Source: a virus. Taken from it: DNA of 64,000 bases. How positions within the stretch are numbered: the stretch's first letter is position 1; each line of letters opens with the position of its first letter. The translations under genes and the position numbers were made by a program. Below the pieces are notes generated by a model. It saw nothing but the letters and a program-made list of their open reading frames with translations, did no database searches and was not told the DNA's origin. The stretch covers positions 12,323 to 76,322 of the IMG/VR virus record IMGVR_UViG_3300047678_000276, one strand, 5' to 3'. This document shows positions 28,720 to 38,786 of the stretch, piece by piece.

Positions 28720-28887
28720 TTAAACTTTATCGTATTTAATCGCACAGCCATTCATCCCATCAATCATCCCAGATAGCTCTACGCCATCTATAAAGGCATC
28801 AGCTTCTTGTTTTGTGGCAAATGAACGTACTTTTTTTGTCTTTAACGAATCTTCGAAGTGAAGTGTTACTTTGTGTGGCTTTTTCAT
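28720..28887 (-). CDS. Hypothetical protein
   Basis: Start MKKPHK 6 nt after TCTAT. Confidence 0.55.
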   Translation of the reverse strand: MKKPHKVTLHFEDSLKTKKVRSFATKQEADAFIDGVELSGMIDGMNGCAIKYDKV

Positions 28888-28900
28888 ATTTGAATAGAAA

Positions 28901-29158
28901 TTATTTTTCTTGTAACTTAAAAGATTTATTCTGAATTTGCAGTTTTTCTTCTTTGGTTGGTCGATAATATACCTCAAAGTCATCCTTTAAAAATGTGTTT
29001 ACACAAGGAATAGAAAGTTTTTGATGAATCTCCATAACATCCATACGATTATGATTGTCATCAGGAGTTTTATCCACCACAAGAAAGATTTGATCTTTCT
29101 CATAATCTGCCATTGGTGTATGGAATTTTACAAAATCCAGGTGTTTAAATTTGCTCAT
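28901..29158 (-). CDS. Hypothetical protein
   Basis: Start MSKFKH after class-1 motif. Confidence 0.6.
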   Translation of the reverse strand: MSKFKHLDFVKFHTPMADYEKDQIFLVVDKTPDDNHNRMDVMEIHQKLSIPCVNTFLKDDFEVYYRPTKEEKLQIQNKSFKLQEK

Positions 29159-29202
29159 GGTTGGTTGGTTTATATGAGAATAGAAAGAAAACAAGGGAGA
29201 AC

Positions 29203-29532
29203 TTAAAAATCGTCCTCCGTAAATAATTCTTTTTTGCCACCATCTTTTGTGATAGAGAAACACTCCCCGTGCAAACTGTTTTTATCAAGGTAGTTCTCAA
29301 TATATTCTTGTAATTCAGGATAAATTTTTTTCTTGTCCTTTACCTCAATAGTAAAATTTTCCTCAATTAAACCGTAATTGTGTTGGTCAGGTTCTCCTTC
29401 ATATTCCACCCCTTCAACAGTGATTATCCTATTGTTTTTAGCGTATGTTTTATAGAACTTTTCAAGAGTGCCGAACTCACTGCAAGTGATTGCTATTTTT
29501 AATTCGATTTTTGTTTTTGCTTTCGTTTTCAT
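29203..29532 (-). CDS. Hypothetical protein
   Basis: ATG 6 nt after TCTAT; stop in next motif. Confidence 0.65.
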   Translation of the reverse strand: MKTKAKTKIELKIAITCSEFGTLEKFYKTYAKNNRIITVEGVEYEGEPDQHNYGLIEENFTIEVKDKKKIYPELQEYIENYLDKNSLHGECFSITKDGGKKELFTEDDF

Positions 29533-29567
29533 GTTGATATAGAATGTTTATTTATGAAACTTAAAAA

Positions 29568-29925
29568 TTAATCAACAACGCCACCACCATAATACAAATT
29601 AAAACTCTTTGCCTTATAGTCATCTGAATTTAGCCAAGCATTATATTTGATTTCCCAATTGTGTTTTTTATCATAGACAAATTTATAATACGAGCCATTA
29701 CAATAGCGTAAAGAATTATTTAGTTTATAGAATATCTCAAACAATTCTATTTCAGTATCAGCTTGAATAAGTTCTTGTCTTACAATTTCAGAAGTTTGGT
29801 CTTGGTAATATCCACCACCCGATAAATACTTTCCGTTCGCATCATATTTTATTGGATATTGCTTTGTTTTGCGTAAGCAGTCCCAGTAATCTAAAATCGC
29901 TTTTAATGGTTTTTTTTGTTGGCAT
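29568..29925 (-). CDS. Hypothetical protein (LRYCNG..YYGGGVVD); apparent 1-nt indel in A-run near 29910
   Basis: ATG 6 nt after TCTAT is one base out of frame with the long ORF. Confidence 0.55.
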
Positions 29926-30362
29926 ACTATAATAGAAACAAACATTGAGCAAACTTAAAAGAAAAAGTTTTTAAGTTCTGATCTGAAATGTTCTATTGGT
30001 TAGCACTTAGAACGGATCTCCAGAAAAAAAGAAAGGCGATGAGAATTAACCCACCGCCATTTAAAGACGGGAACCACCCACGTCTTATTGATAAACCAAC
30101 CTAGAAAACTTTAATCTTTTTTGCGAAGTGCTAATGCCTCCGTGTATTTTTTGAGGTAATCTTCATATAATCCCTCGTTAATGCCTTTTAAACGATTTAA
30201 ATGAGGTGCAATGTCTTTTGGTTCTTTCGTTCCGTTTTTAATCCCCATTATTCCGCCTGTGATTTTTTTGATTAGTTGCTCTTGCATAGTGTTTTGGTTT
30301 ATTTGGTTTATATGGTTATAGAAATAAAAGGGAGAGAAACTTAAAAATCTCTCCCCAATTCT

Positions 30363-30692
30363 TTAATCTTCTTCTTCAACGTGAACTCCACGTTCTGTCC
30401 AAGGATTTTCAGTTACAATGTAACCAATCCGATTAACAAACCAGCACCCAGTTTGAATAACCAAGTCGCCATCGCAATCCACAACAGTCCACACAAGATT
30501 TTCTTTGCCTTCTTTACAAAGTGAACGTATGTATTCCACGTCCTCTCCATAAGTTTCGTACATCGTACCTCCATAAGATGCCACGTCCTCGTCATCAACG
30601 CTCTTTGGCTGCTTTTTTCTCTCAATGTGATTGATAACTGGCTTATACTTGTCGTAAAAGTCCTCTTCTGAAATTGGTTTATATTCGCTCAT
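30363..30692 (-). CDS. Conserved phage protein (MYETYG..VWTVVD..G..FVNRIGY.VT)
   Basis: Class-1 motif. Confidence 0.7.
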   Translation of the reverse strand: MSEYKPISEEDFYDKYKPVINHIERKKQPKSVDDEDVASYGGTMYETYGEDVEYIRSLCKEGKENLVWTVVDCDGDLVIQTGCWFVNRIGYIVTENPWTERGVHVEEED

Positions 30693-30736
30693 AAGTTGTT
30701 TGGTTTATATGAGTATAGAAAGAAAATGATTAGAAC

Positions 30737-31108
30737 TTAAAAAATATGATTGAACTTTTTTGGCTCAGGTTTAGGTTCAGACATTTGTGGCATTGCGCAA
30801 CCTTGTGGCGCAGGCTCACCTTTTATTTCTTTATTCTCTAAAGAATTTAAAAAATGAACCAAGTATTCATTGTTAAGTGTGTGTCTAACAGTTTCAATTT
30901 CACCTTGTTTATTTACAAAGTTAGCTCCCACAACATACATTGGATTTCCAGGTGTGTCAGTGATTGAAATAATGCCAATGAATTTGTTTGTTGAAAGTTC
31001 AAAAGTTAATCCTAAAAAACTTTCATAGGCACTTTCTATCATCCAATTTTTTGTTACATCCACATTTTTTTTGAACTCCTCGATTATTGATTGAATTAGT
31101 ATTTTCAT
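30737..31108 (-). CDS. Hypothetical protein
   Basis: Class-1 motif; stop in next motif. Confidence 0.65.
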   Translation of the reverse strand: MKILIQSIIEEFKKNVDVTKNWMIESAYESFLGLTFELSTNKFIGIISITDTPGNPMYVVGANFVNKQGEIETVRHTLNNEYLVHFLNSLENKEIKGEPAPQGCAMPQMSEPKPEPKKFNHIF

Positions 31109-31161
31109 GATTGGTTTGGTTTATATAAGAATAGAATAAAATCCAGATAAAACTTAAAACT

Positions 31162-31452
31162 TTAATTTAAAACTTCAGAAAATATATATGCAGCAGTGTA
31201 TAATTCTATGCAATGATTAACTTCTTCAAGTTCATTATTGAACTTTGTTTGCATAAACTTTTTGTTTTTTTGAAGTCTGTTATAAATTTCAATCAATATA
31301 TTGTCAGGTTTCAAAGTTCTTTGTAAAAGCAATTGATAACTTTCGTCAAATAAGCCTTGCATAAAATCAATGTTTGTGATCTTGCCATCTGTTTTCTCTA
31401 TTAAAACATATCTGTCATAACCTTTGATAGCCGTTATTTGTAATTCTTTCAT
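31162..31452 (-). CDS. Hypothetical protein
   Basis: Class-1 motif. Confidence 0.6.
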   Translation of the reverse strand: MKELQITAIKGYDRYVLIEKTDGKITNIDFMQGLFDESYQLLLQRTLKPDNILIEIYNRLQKNKKFMQTKFNNELEEVNHCIELYTAAYIFSEVLN

Positions 31453-31494
31453 GATTGGTTGGTTTATATGATTATAGAATAACTAATAAGAAAC

Positions 31495-31725
31495 TTAATA
31501 AATAAAATCTTTAAGATGATTTACTGATTTAAGATGATTTACCAATTCTTGTTTTTCGTTTGGTGTTAGAGGAGAACCTGATATCCAAAAGTTTGGATAC
31601 ATACCCATGGCATCTATAGGAAGTCCGTGTTTAGAGTTTTCTTTTTCGAAAAGAAGTAAGGCCGCACCATGACTCCTGTCTAACCACAATTCATATCCGC
31701 CTAAGGTAATTTTTTCTCTGATCAT
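31495..31725 (-). CDS. Hypothetical protein
   Basis: ATG 6 nt after TCTAT. Confidence 0.6.
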   Translation of the reverse strand: MIREKITLGGYELWLDRSHGAALLLFEKENSKHGLPIDAMGMYPNFWISGSPLTPNEKQELVNHLKSVNHLKDFIY

Positions 31726-31754
31726 ATTAGAATAGATAAATTTATAGGGAGAAC

Positions 31755-32117
31755 TTAAAACTTTCTCCTCTTTTTTCCTTTAGCAAATTTCTCATACCAT
31801 TGCTTATTCATATCATCCCTCTTAATATGAATCTCAGGGAGATGTTCATGGTAGTTTCTAATTGGAATTGGTGGAGGTGCAAACATCTCCTTATTCTTTT
31901 GAATGATTTTATCCTGATTAATTTTATCTTGGTCAGCTTGTGGCAAATCCCCCATGCCGATAATCATTATCTCATGTTTTTTGCTCATTCTCGCAATTAA
32001 TTCAGCGTGCTTTAAACCCGCCCCTTCATCTTCGATAATAATGAGCTTAATGCCTTTTTTGTCAGTTTCCTCTATAAGCTCGCTAAGAGATTTTCCTGAG
32101 GGGTTTGTGTTTTCCAT
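31755..32117 (-). CDS. Hypothetical protein
   Basis: ORF ending in the next motif. Confidence 0.6.
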   Translation of the reverse strand: MENTNPSGKSLSELIEETDKKGIKLIIIEDEGAGLKHAELIARMSKKHEIMIIGMGDLPQADQDKINQDKIIQKNKEMFAPPPIPIRNYHEHLPEIHIKRDDMNKQWYEKFAKGKKRRKF

Positions 32118-32551
32118 ATTTTTACGTTTTCAAATTTATAATGTTTTGTACCTTTATCTTCTAAAAAATCAATCCTATTCTTAAATCGCTTATTCATTGT
32201 ATCAACAACTTTATAAACCCCATCCTTATGCCCCGCTCCTGAAATTTGAACTATGTCCCCATAATGAAACTCTCCGCCCCACCGTGCAATCATATCTCTA
32301 CTCATTGCAATCCACTTCTGTTCACTTGCCTTTCCAGGAATGATCTTGTACATTCCAGCAGTAACCAAAGGGTCAGAATCACATTGAGATGACACAGGGT
32401 AATACATTGTGGCTGTTACCTCATAAGTGTTCACCTTTTTAACTTCAGTGTTTGTACGCTTGAATATGAATGTTTTGAAGGTGTTGTGAGTTAGCTCATT
32501 TATGAAAAGTGATAGAGCTATGATGACTAAGGTGATTTTAATTTTTCTCAT
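32072..32551 (-). CDS. Membrane-anchored 3D-domain (MltA/RlpA-like) cell-wall protein
   Basis: N-terminal hydrophobic helix; VTATMY..TAG..IAMSRD..VDTMN..RIDF. Confidence 0.75.
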   Translation of the reverse strand: MRKIKITLVIIALSLFINELTHNTFKTFIFKRTNTEVKKVNTYEVTATMYYPVSSQCDSDPLVTAGMYKIIPGKASEQKWIAMSRDMIARWGGEFHYGDIVQISGAGHKDGVYKVVDTMNKRFKNRIDFLEDKGTKHYKFENVKIWKTQTPQENLLASL

Positions 32552-32596
32552 TGGTTGGTTGGTTTATATGAGAATAGAAAGAAACGGAGGGAGAAC

Positions 32597-32929
32597 TTAA
32601 AAATCCCCCTCAGTTAAATGATTTTCTTTCATCAAGCGAATAAATGTTTTACGAGCATTTTTGATGTTTGAAGATACTATACAATACTCATTTACCTTAT
32701 AAACTTTCCACCCTTTAAACCTCTCCCCCATATCAGCATTGTGATTTACAATAGCAGTAGCAAGATTAAATAATCTATCTGCCTTTAGCTTGTCCATCTC
32801 CTCAGGGGAGAGTTTTCTTGGCTCAGGCTCGTTATAACGTCGTTTTGGTGATGAATAGCTTGGCATAGAGTTTCCTCCCATCATCATAGCCATTGCCATC
32901 ATCATATACATACTTCCTTTTAAACTCAT
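32597..32929 (-). CDS. Hypothetical protein with Met-rich N-terminus
   Basis: Class-1 motif; stop in next motif. Confidence 0.6.
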   Translation of the reverse strand: MSLKGSMYMMMAMAMMMGGNSMPSYSSPKRRYNEPEPRKLSPEEMDKLKADRLFNLATAIVNHNADMGERFKGWKVYKVNEYCIVSSNIKNARKTFIRLMKENHLTEGDF

Positions 32930-32959
32930 GTTGTTTGGTTTTTATAAATTAATAGAAAA

Positions 32960-33538
32960 TTATTTTTTAGAACTTAAAACTTCATACTTAAATTTGTTTG
33001 CCTGAAATTTTACAAGATTACCAATTTCTCTGAATTCTCCGCTTATTTCAAAAACAGGCTTCCAAACATTTGTGCGACTTGTCTTTTGAAAAGTATCATA
33101 AGAGATACCGCTTCTAAATTCTAATGGCTCACTTACTTTTATAACGTCCCCTTCTTTTACTTTTGGCTTTGAAGTTCTATTGTTGATTTTCGCCCAACAA
33201 CGCTCTCTCCAATTCTTTGCCCATGTAGTTGAACTATCGTCGTTATCAGGAAGAGGAGTTAATAATTCTAAAATTCTTTTTGGACATTCACTTTGAACAG
33301 GTCCAGCGAATTCACTCATATCCTTATACCCAAAATTATCCCATGTTCTGCTATAAGTAAGCATATAAACAAGTGCAATAACTTCTCCTGTATCTTTCAA
33401 GCGAACTGCCATGTAAGCTGTCATTCGCTTTACAATAGCAATATCAAGCAATTCGTGGTTAGGTTCGTGTTTAAAAGCATCTCTGAAATAATCAGAAGGT
33501 GAAATGTGTTTTGGTTTATTGAATGTTGTCCAGCCCAT
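32960..33538 (-). CDS. DUF6927-like protein
   Basis: MGW..FGYKDMSE..GP...CP..IL.LLT...WR.RC. Confidence 0.7.
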   Translation of the reverse strand: MGWTTFNKPKHISPSDYFRDAFKHEPNHELLDIAIVKRMTAYMAVRLKDTGEVIALVYMLTYSRTWDNFGYKDMSEFAGPVQSECPKRILELLTPLPDNDDSSTTWAKNWRERCWAKINNRTSKPKVKEGDVIKVSEPLEFRSGISYDTFQKTSRTNVWKPVFEISGEFREIGNLVKFQANKFKYEVLSSKK

Positions 33539-33593
33539 TGGTTTATTTGTTTAATTGGTTATCTATTGTAATAGAACTTATTTGAGATGAAAC

Positions 33594-33803
33594 TTAAAAA
33601 CTTTTCAGCTTTTCATCAATCATTTTAATCCTTCGTTGATAGCTTTCAATATACCCTTGCATATCGTCCATCATAGCGAATTCAAGCCCCTCAACCGCAA
33701 TCGCTCTCAATTGCTCATAAACTTCCTTATCTGTTGGAATTCTGCCAAGATCCTCAGTCATGTATCCTTTAACTTTATCGAATCTTCTTTGTAAATCTTC
33801 CAT
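33594..33803 (-). CDS. Hypothetical protein
   Basis: Class-1 motif. Confidence 0.6.
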   Translation of the reverse strand: MEDLQRRFDKVKGYMTEDLGRIPTDKEVYEQLRAIAVEGLEFAMMDDMQGYIESYQRRIKMIDEKLKSF

Positions 33804-34178
33804 ATTTTGGTTTGTTGGTTTCTATTGTAATAGAACGAAATAACACAGAACTTAAAAACAAAAACTTTTTAAGTTTGGGGCCGAAAGTTTCTATTGGTTA
33901 GCGATTTGGGATCACCAGGAAAAAAAAGATCAAAAAAAAGGGGGAAATTAATCCCCTTCAGTTTTTTAACCTTGTCTGTCAGCTTTACGACGCAATGTGC
34001 GTTTATCTCTGCCACTCATAACCAATTGTGGACAACGAACCACTGAAGGACGTAAGATTGGTAAACGTGTTGCTGATTCAATTACTGCGATAAAGATTGC
34101 TAATAAAATTACTAATGTTTTCATGGTTTTGTTTGTTTTTATTGGTTTATATATGAATAGAACTTTTTTTGATGAAAC

Positions 34179-34463
34179 TTAAAAAATTCTTATTGTTTTT
34201 ATTACTCTTTTGTCTGCACTTGCATTTATTATAAATGGTCGTTTTGAAGTCCATTCGCTAAATCCAAGTGTTGCTCTTTTAATGACCGCCCATAAAGGCA
34301 CGTCCTCAACAAAAATCGTTTGTCTGTATATTGGTATCTTACCAAATAAAAGATAATCGAGATAAACAATGTTTTCACAAAATTCTTCTTTATCCTCATA
34401 TCCACGTACATAACGAAGATGAGTAACTAATTTGCCACAAAGGCGCTTTTTTAATAATATCAT
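34179..34463 (-). CDS. Hypothetical protein
   Basis: Coupled to 34466-34708. Confidence 0.55.
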   Translation of the reverse strand: MILLKKRLCGKLVTHLRYVRGYEDKEEFCENIVYLDYLLFGKIPIYRQTIFVEDVPLWAVIKRATLGFSEWTSKRPFIINASADKRVIKTIRIF

Positions 34464-34465
34464 AA

Positions 34466-34708
34466 TTATGCTCTATAAAATCTTACATAAGTTAAATCCT
34501 TTGTGTATTCAACACGCAACTGATTTCCTGGACCACCCAAGCCCCAATACGCTCCGCCTTTATCATAAGCCGAATCTGAACTCATTGGAACTTTTCTGTC
34601 AAAGATTTTTTTGTCTGTTGGCTTTTCTGAAGGTAAGTTTGAACCTCTGCCCATTGGCGCACCGAATTTGCAGTTAACAGGGTGAACGATTTTTGAAATT
34701 GCGTACAT
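34466..34708 (-). CDS. Conserved phage protein (GAPMGR..YDKGGAYWG)
   Basis: Class-1 motif. Confidence 0.7.
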   Translation of the reverse strand: MYAISKIVHPVNCKFGAPMGRGSNLPSEKPTDKKIFDRKVPMSSDSAYDKGGAYWGLGGPGNQLRVEYTKDLTYVRFYRA

Positions 34709-34759
34709 TTGATTTTGGTTTGTTGGTTTATATGAGAATAGAAAGAAAATGTCAGAAAC

Positions 34760-34972
34760 TTAAAGAATTAAAACTTTATAGTTATCAACTTTTTCATGTT
34801 CAATACCAAGCTTTGTTAACCCCTCACAAATGCGAACAGAATCCATGCTCTCAATCATCCAGCCTCTACCAGCTTTTAACCGAGCATCATCCACATCAAG
34901 CGCATTAAACGCCTTAAGCATTCGTAGCCAATTCGATTTGCCTTTTTCCTTTGGTGCTAATAATACATCCAT
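34760..34972 (-). CDS. Hypothetical protein
   Basis: ORF ending in next motif. Confidence 0.55.
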   Translation of the reverse strand: MDVLLAPKEKGKSNWLRMLKAFNALDVDDARLKAGRGWMIESMDSVRICEGLTKLGIEHEKVDNYKVLIL

Positions 34973-35188
34973 ATCTTATTTGTTTTTCTTTTTACGTTGT
35001 TCATTTGCGTATTCCTTTAGTCTTTTCTTTTCATAGAAATCTAAAAACTCCCCTTTTCTTTCTTTTCTTAAAAGGTCTTTAATTAGGTGGAAATACATGG
35101 TCGATTCGCCACGTGTTCTGAATGATTTTAAAATACTTGCTCTCATGGTTGGTTGGTTTATATGAATAGAAACAAATGAAGGGAGAAC

Positions 35189-35509
35189 TTAAGATTTTCT
35201 TCTCCCTTTTTCAATAATTTTTGCAGTCAATTCCTTATCCTGATTAGGATTATAAGGGTCTGAAATTTCATAGATTGCAAGTCTGCACATCAAGGCATTT
35301 AATTGGTCATCATTTAATTCAGCAGCTCTCTGGCCCACCTCAAATAAAATGTCCCCAAATATCTGCAAAGGAATTCTTAATGCAAACCCCTCTTTTGAGT
35401 ATTGTGCAATTTCTTTTAAAAGTCCAGGAGTGTTAACTCTCCACTGAAGTCCACTATCTTTTTCGACTTTGTCTTTGAATTGTGCTTTTCGCTTAGGTTC
35501 TTTTGGCAT
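35189..35509 (-). CDS. Hypothetical protein
   Basis: Class-1 motif. Confidence 0.65.
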   Translation of the reverse strand: MPKEPKRKAQFKDKVEKDSGLQWRVNTPGLLKEIAQYSKEGFALRIPLQIFGDILFEVGQRAAELNDDQLNALMCRLAIYEISDPYNPNQDKELTAKIIEKGRRKS

Positions 35510-35558
35510 GGTTGGTTGGTTTATATTAATAGAAAGGATTTAAGAGGAACTTAAAAAT

Positions 35559-35852
35559 TTACATATCCAAAAAGCTAAATAAGCTTGGATGAATTTCTCT
35601 TGCTTGTTTTTCAGAAATGCGTTTGCACTTCTCTCTTAAATAATCATTATGAACCGACGTAGAACCAACGCCTGAGTTTCTTGTGTAAAATACTGCTCCA
35701 ATGGCATCGTAATGAGCGCCATCTTTATTTATGCGCAATGTATCATCTAACACCGCAACAACGTTTCCTGAGTGATTTCCTGGATTCTTACGAGTCCCTT
35801 TATTTTTTTCAGTCTTATTTTCGTATTCTAAGAAAAATTTGATTCCGTTCAT
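35559..35852 (-). CDS. Hypothetical protein
   Basis: Start MNGIKFF after class-1 motif. Confidence 0.65.
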   Translation of the reverse strand: MNGIKFFLEYENKTEKNKGTRKNPGNHSGNVVAVLDDTLRINKDGAHYDAIGAVFYTRNSGVGSTSVHNDYLREKCKRISEKQAREIHPSLFSFLDM

Positions 35853-35914
35853 GATTTCTTTGGTTGGTTGGTTATATTGGAATAGAAACAATTCAAGGGA
35901 GAACTTAAAAACTC

Positions 35915-36139
35915 CTATAAAGGAAATGCTTTAATGATTGCCTTAATTTCTTTTTTATAGCCCATCATAGCACACTTAATAAAAAACTTACCATTCTCCT
36001 CTCTACCAAAACAAGTGCCTCCTAGTTGATTCATAATGATGTCATGAGCCTTTTGAGATACCTCAACTTGTGTATCATACTTCAACTTGAATGGTTGAGG
36101 GGTTATTTCGTTCATAAAATTTTGTCTTTCAATATCCAT
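35915..36139 (-). CDS. Hypothetical protein
   Basis: Class-1 motif. Confidence 0.6.
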   Translation of the reverse strand: MDIERQNFMNEITPQPFKLKYDTQVEVSQKAHDIIMNQLGGTCFGREENGKFFIKCAMMGYKKEIKAIIKAFPL

Positions 36140-36184
36140 GATTGGTTGGTTTTATAAATTAATAGAAAGATTATTGATTGAAAC

Positions 36185-36541
36185 TTAATAACCCGTAACA
36201 ATTATTCCTTGTCCTGATACTGATTGCTCACGTCCAAACGCATCCACAAAACGAATGAAGTTTGAACTTTGACTCAAAATTGAGTCTGTTACAAATGTTT
36301 GGTGGTCGCCATAATTTATTACCTCGACTGTGTAAAACTTTTTGCCGTGCTTTTTTGAATTTGCATAAGTTACGCCATTTAATGCGAACTTCGCCACAAT
36401 AGCAATGATTGCTAATGCGAATACTACTTTAAACATTATTCCAAAATTATTCATAGTTTTTTTGTTTTTTTTAAACGCATCATCAAACTCCTTATCAAAA
36501 TTTTCGAATTCTTTATCGAATTTATCCCAGTCTGTGTGCAT
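36185..36541 (-). CDS. Single-TM membrane protein
   Basis: Hydrophobic FGIMFKVVFALAIIAIVA; class-1 motif. Confidence 0.65.
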   Translation of the reverse strand: MHTDWDKFDKEFENFDKEFDDAFKKNKKTMNNFGIMFKVVFALAIIAIVAKFALNGVTYANSKKHGKKFYTVEVINYGDHQTFVTDSILSQSSNFIRFVDAFGREQSVSGQGIIVTGY

Positions 36542-36596
36542 TTGGTTTAGTTTTGTTGGTTATATGAATAGAAACAAATTGATTAAAACTTAAAAA

Positions 36597-36890
36597 TTAT
36601 TCAGCCATTACATGAGCAAATAAAAACCCCTCTCTTTTCATTGTTCCATACAACTCACTCAATTCTTTTTTTTGCTCTAAACACTCCTTAATGATATTGT
36701 TATTGCTTGTTGCATAACTACGCTCCTCTAATTTTTTCATCATATTCTCAACATTCCATTCCAAGCAAATAAAAACCTCTCCCATCATAATAGACTTAAC
36801 ATCCATAAATGGTGCATTGTGTTTTACAAATTCAAATGTTGATTTTGAAACACGTACATTTATAAGTTTATATTCGCTGATTACTTTCAT
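36597..36890 (-). CDS. Hypothetical protein
   Basis: Class-1 motif. Confidence 0.6.
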   Translation of the reverse strand: MKVISEYKLINVRVSKSTFEFVKHNAPFMDVKSIMMGEVFICLEWNVENMMKKLEERSYATSNNNIIKECLEQKKELSELYGTMKREGFLFAHVMAE

Positions 36891-37064
36891 GGTTGGTTGG
36901 TTTATTGTAATAGAATCAAATCCAGTTAGAACTTAAAAAGTATTTGTTTTTAAGTTTGGCCCCCGAAACTTTCTATTGGTTAGCACTTACAGATCCAGGA
37001 TAAACAAAAGCGAGTCGGAACCACCCGACTCGCTACCTTTAGAAACCAAGAAACCAACTACACT

Positions 37065-37241
37065 TTATTTCCCCTTGCTCACCACTTTGTCAAGAATTTT
37101 GACGTGGTGAAAAATATGATGTTCTGACTTGCCATGCTCCGCCATGTGTTCTTCATAGTGAGTGCTTTCAGAGTCATTCATATACTCCAATACTTTTTTT
37201 AATGCTTTTATTTCTTTTGGTGTTAATGTGATTGTTTTCAT
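37065..37241 (-). CDS. Small His-rich protein (58 aa, not in the ORF track)
   Basis: ATG 6 nt after TCTAT; ..HYEEHMAEHGKSEHHIFHH.. Confidence 0.55.
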   Translation of the reverse strand: MKTITLTPKEIKALKKVLEYMNDSESTHYEEHMAEHGKSEHHIFHHVKILDKVVSKGK

Positions 37242-37270
37242 ATTGGTATAGAAAGATTATTGATTGAAAC

Positions 37271-37708
37271 TTAAAACTCATCTAACACATTTGTCATTTT
37301 AATGATATAATCAGAATGACACTCTGACACTTCAGTTATTGCCTTAATCAGAATACAATAGAACTTTTCATTATAAAATTCCATTATGTTTTTTGGAAAC
37401 TTTGAAGGCATGACATTATTAAGCATATCAGTTAATAACTTATGAGGTTTTCTATATTCGTTCAAATAATCTACTGGACCCCAATGATAATTAATAGATA
37501 TATTATATGGTTGAGTTTCATCAAAAATTATAAATACCCTTGCATCTATTGAAGAATTTTTTGGTACATAAGAAAATACTCCATCTCCCTCTCCATACTC
37601 CATTGGATAGCCTGGATGAATGTGAGTACCCTCAAGTATATTAAGAGCATTTGAAATGTTCTTAAATAACTCTTTTGTTCTTGACTTTTCTAGTGTGGTT
37701 GTTTTCAT
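37271..37708 (-). CDS. Hypothetical protein
   Basis: ATG 6 nt after TCTAT; stop in next motif. Confidence 0.65.
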   Translation of the reverse strand: MKTTTLEKSRTKELFKNISNALNILEGTHIHPGYPMEYGEGDGVFSYVPKNSSIDARVFIIFDETQPYNISINYHWGPVDYLNEYRKPHKLLTDMLNNVMPSKFPKNIMEFYNEKFYCILIKAITEVSECHSDYIIKMTNVLDEF

Positions 37709-37736
37709 GTTTGAATAGAAAGGAAATGATCGAAAC

Positions 37737-37997
37737 TTAAAAATCTTTTGCAGTTACCAATTCCAATGCCATGTACAATCCCAATGGCACATTGATTTGC
37801 ATAACATCAACCGAGTTCATCATTTGGTCTGCAATCTTAACGCTATTGAAAAACTCAAACTTCATCTCCTTAATGTATTTCAAACCTGTTTCAGTTACAC
37901 CTGTTGCTTTTTCTCCTTCATCACCAACAAGCTGACGAATTGTTAAGAAATGGCTTAACTGTTCTTTTTTATGAATGAATATCGAAACTGTGATCAT
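37737..37997 (-). CDS. Hypothetical protein
   Basis: ATG 6 nt after TCTAT. Confidence 0.6.
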   Translation of the reverse strand: MITVSIFIHKKEQLSHFLTIRQLVGDEGEKATGVTETGLKYIKEMKFEFFNSVKIADQMMNSVDVMQINVPLGLYMALELVTAKDF

Positions 37998-38012
37998 ATG
38001 GTTATAGATAAT

Positions 38013-38291
38013 TTATTTGTTCAAACTTAAAAACTTCTCCTCATTCAATAAGTCAAACTTTCCTGTCCACCCTTTTATCTTTGTCTCTCCCTCAGGATTA
38101 CCAATGGCAATAATATCTTCGTTCTTAATGAACTCCCCAAGCGAATGATGCCCATAAAGAAAATGAACCAAAACTCTGTCCTCGTATACCTTTGTGATAT
38201 TGGTAACTTGTATTTCAGTTGGCTCACCTCCGTGGTAATTAAATCCAAATGCGATAAAATCCCCTTCTTTTAAATCTGAAACTTTTTTCAT
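38013..38291 (-). CDS. Hypothetical protein
   Basis: Start MKKVSD after class-1 motif. Confidence 0.6.
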   Translation of the reverse strand: MKKVSDLKEGDFIAFGFNYHGGEPTEIQVTNITKVYEDRVLVHFLYGHHSLGEFIKNEDIIAIGNPEGETKIKGWTGKFDLLNEEKFLSLNK

Positions 38292-38325
38292 TGTTGGTTG
38301 GTTTAAATGAATAGAAACAAAATGA

Positions 38326-38550
38326 TTAGAACTTAAAACTTTCAAAGTCAATTATTGTCCAATTAATTTCCCCGTTCTCCCAAGCCTCATTACCATCATT
38401 CTCAGCGTTCAGTATCTCTCTTGCTGAATCCATTAAGGCAGTCATCAAATCATCCTCAGAGGTGCTATCAGGCACTTCCACGTGATAAGGGTCAGTCCCT
38501 ATGTATTCGCCGTTATGAACGAAACGTATATCTACTTTATAAACAATCAT
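38326..38550 (-). CDS. Hypothetical acidic protein
   Basis: ORF ending in next motif. Confidence 0.55.
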   Translation of the reverse strand: MIVYKVDIRFVHNGEYIGTDPYHVEVPDSTSEDDLMTALMDSAREILNAENDGNEAWENGEINWTIIDFESFKF

Positions 38551-38786
38551 TTTATTTTTGTTTAATTGAGAATGGAAACGCACCTTTGCCTTTTAAGCAA
38601 CACACACGAATGAAAGACTTTGCTTTCTTGTCATCTCCACCGATGAACATTGTGTTTGTTCCGCCTGAATAGTTTGCTAAAACTCCGTAGTTGTTTGCTT
38701 GTTGAATGAATGCTAATTTTGACATGGTTTATTTTTTTATGGTTTATAATTTAATAGAATGATTTTTGAGGGGAACTTAAAAAGAA

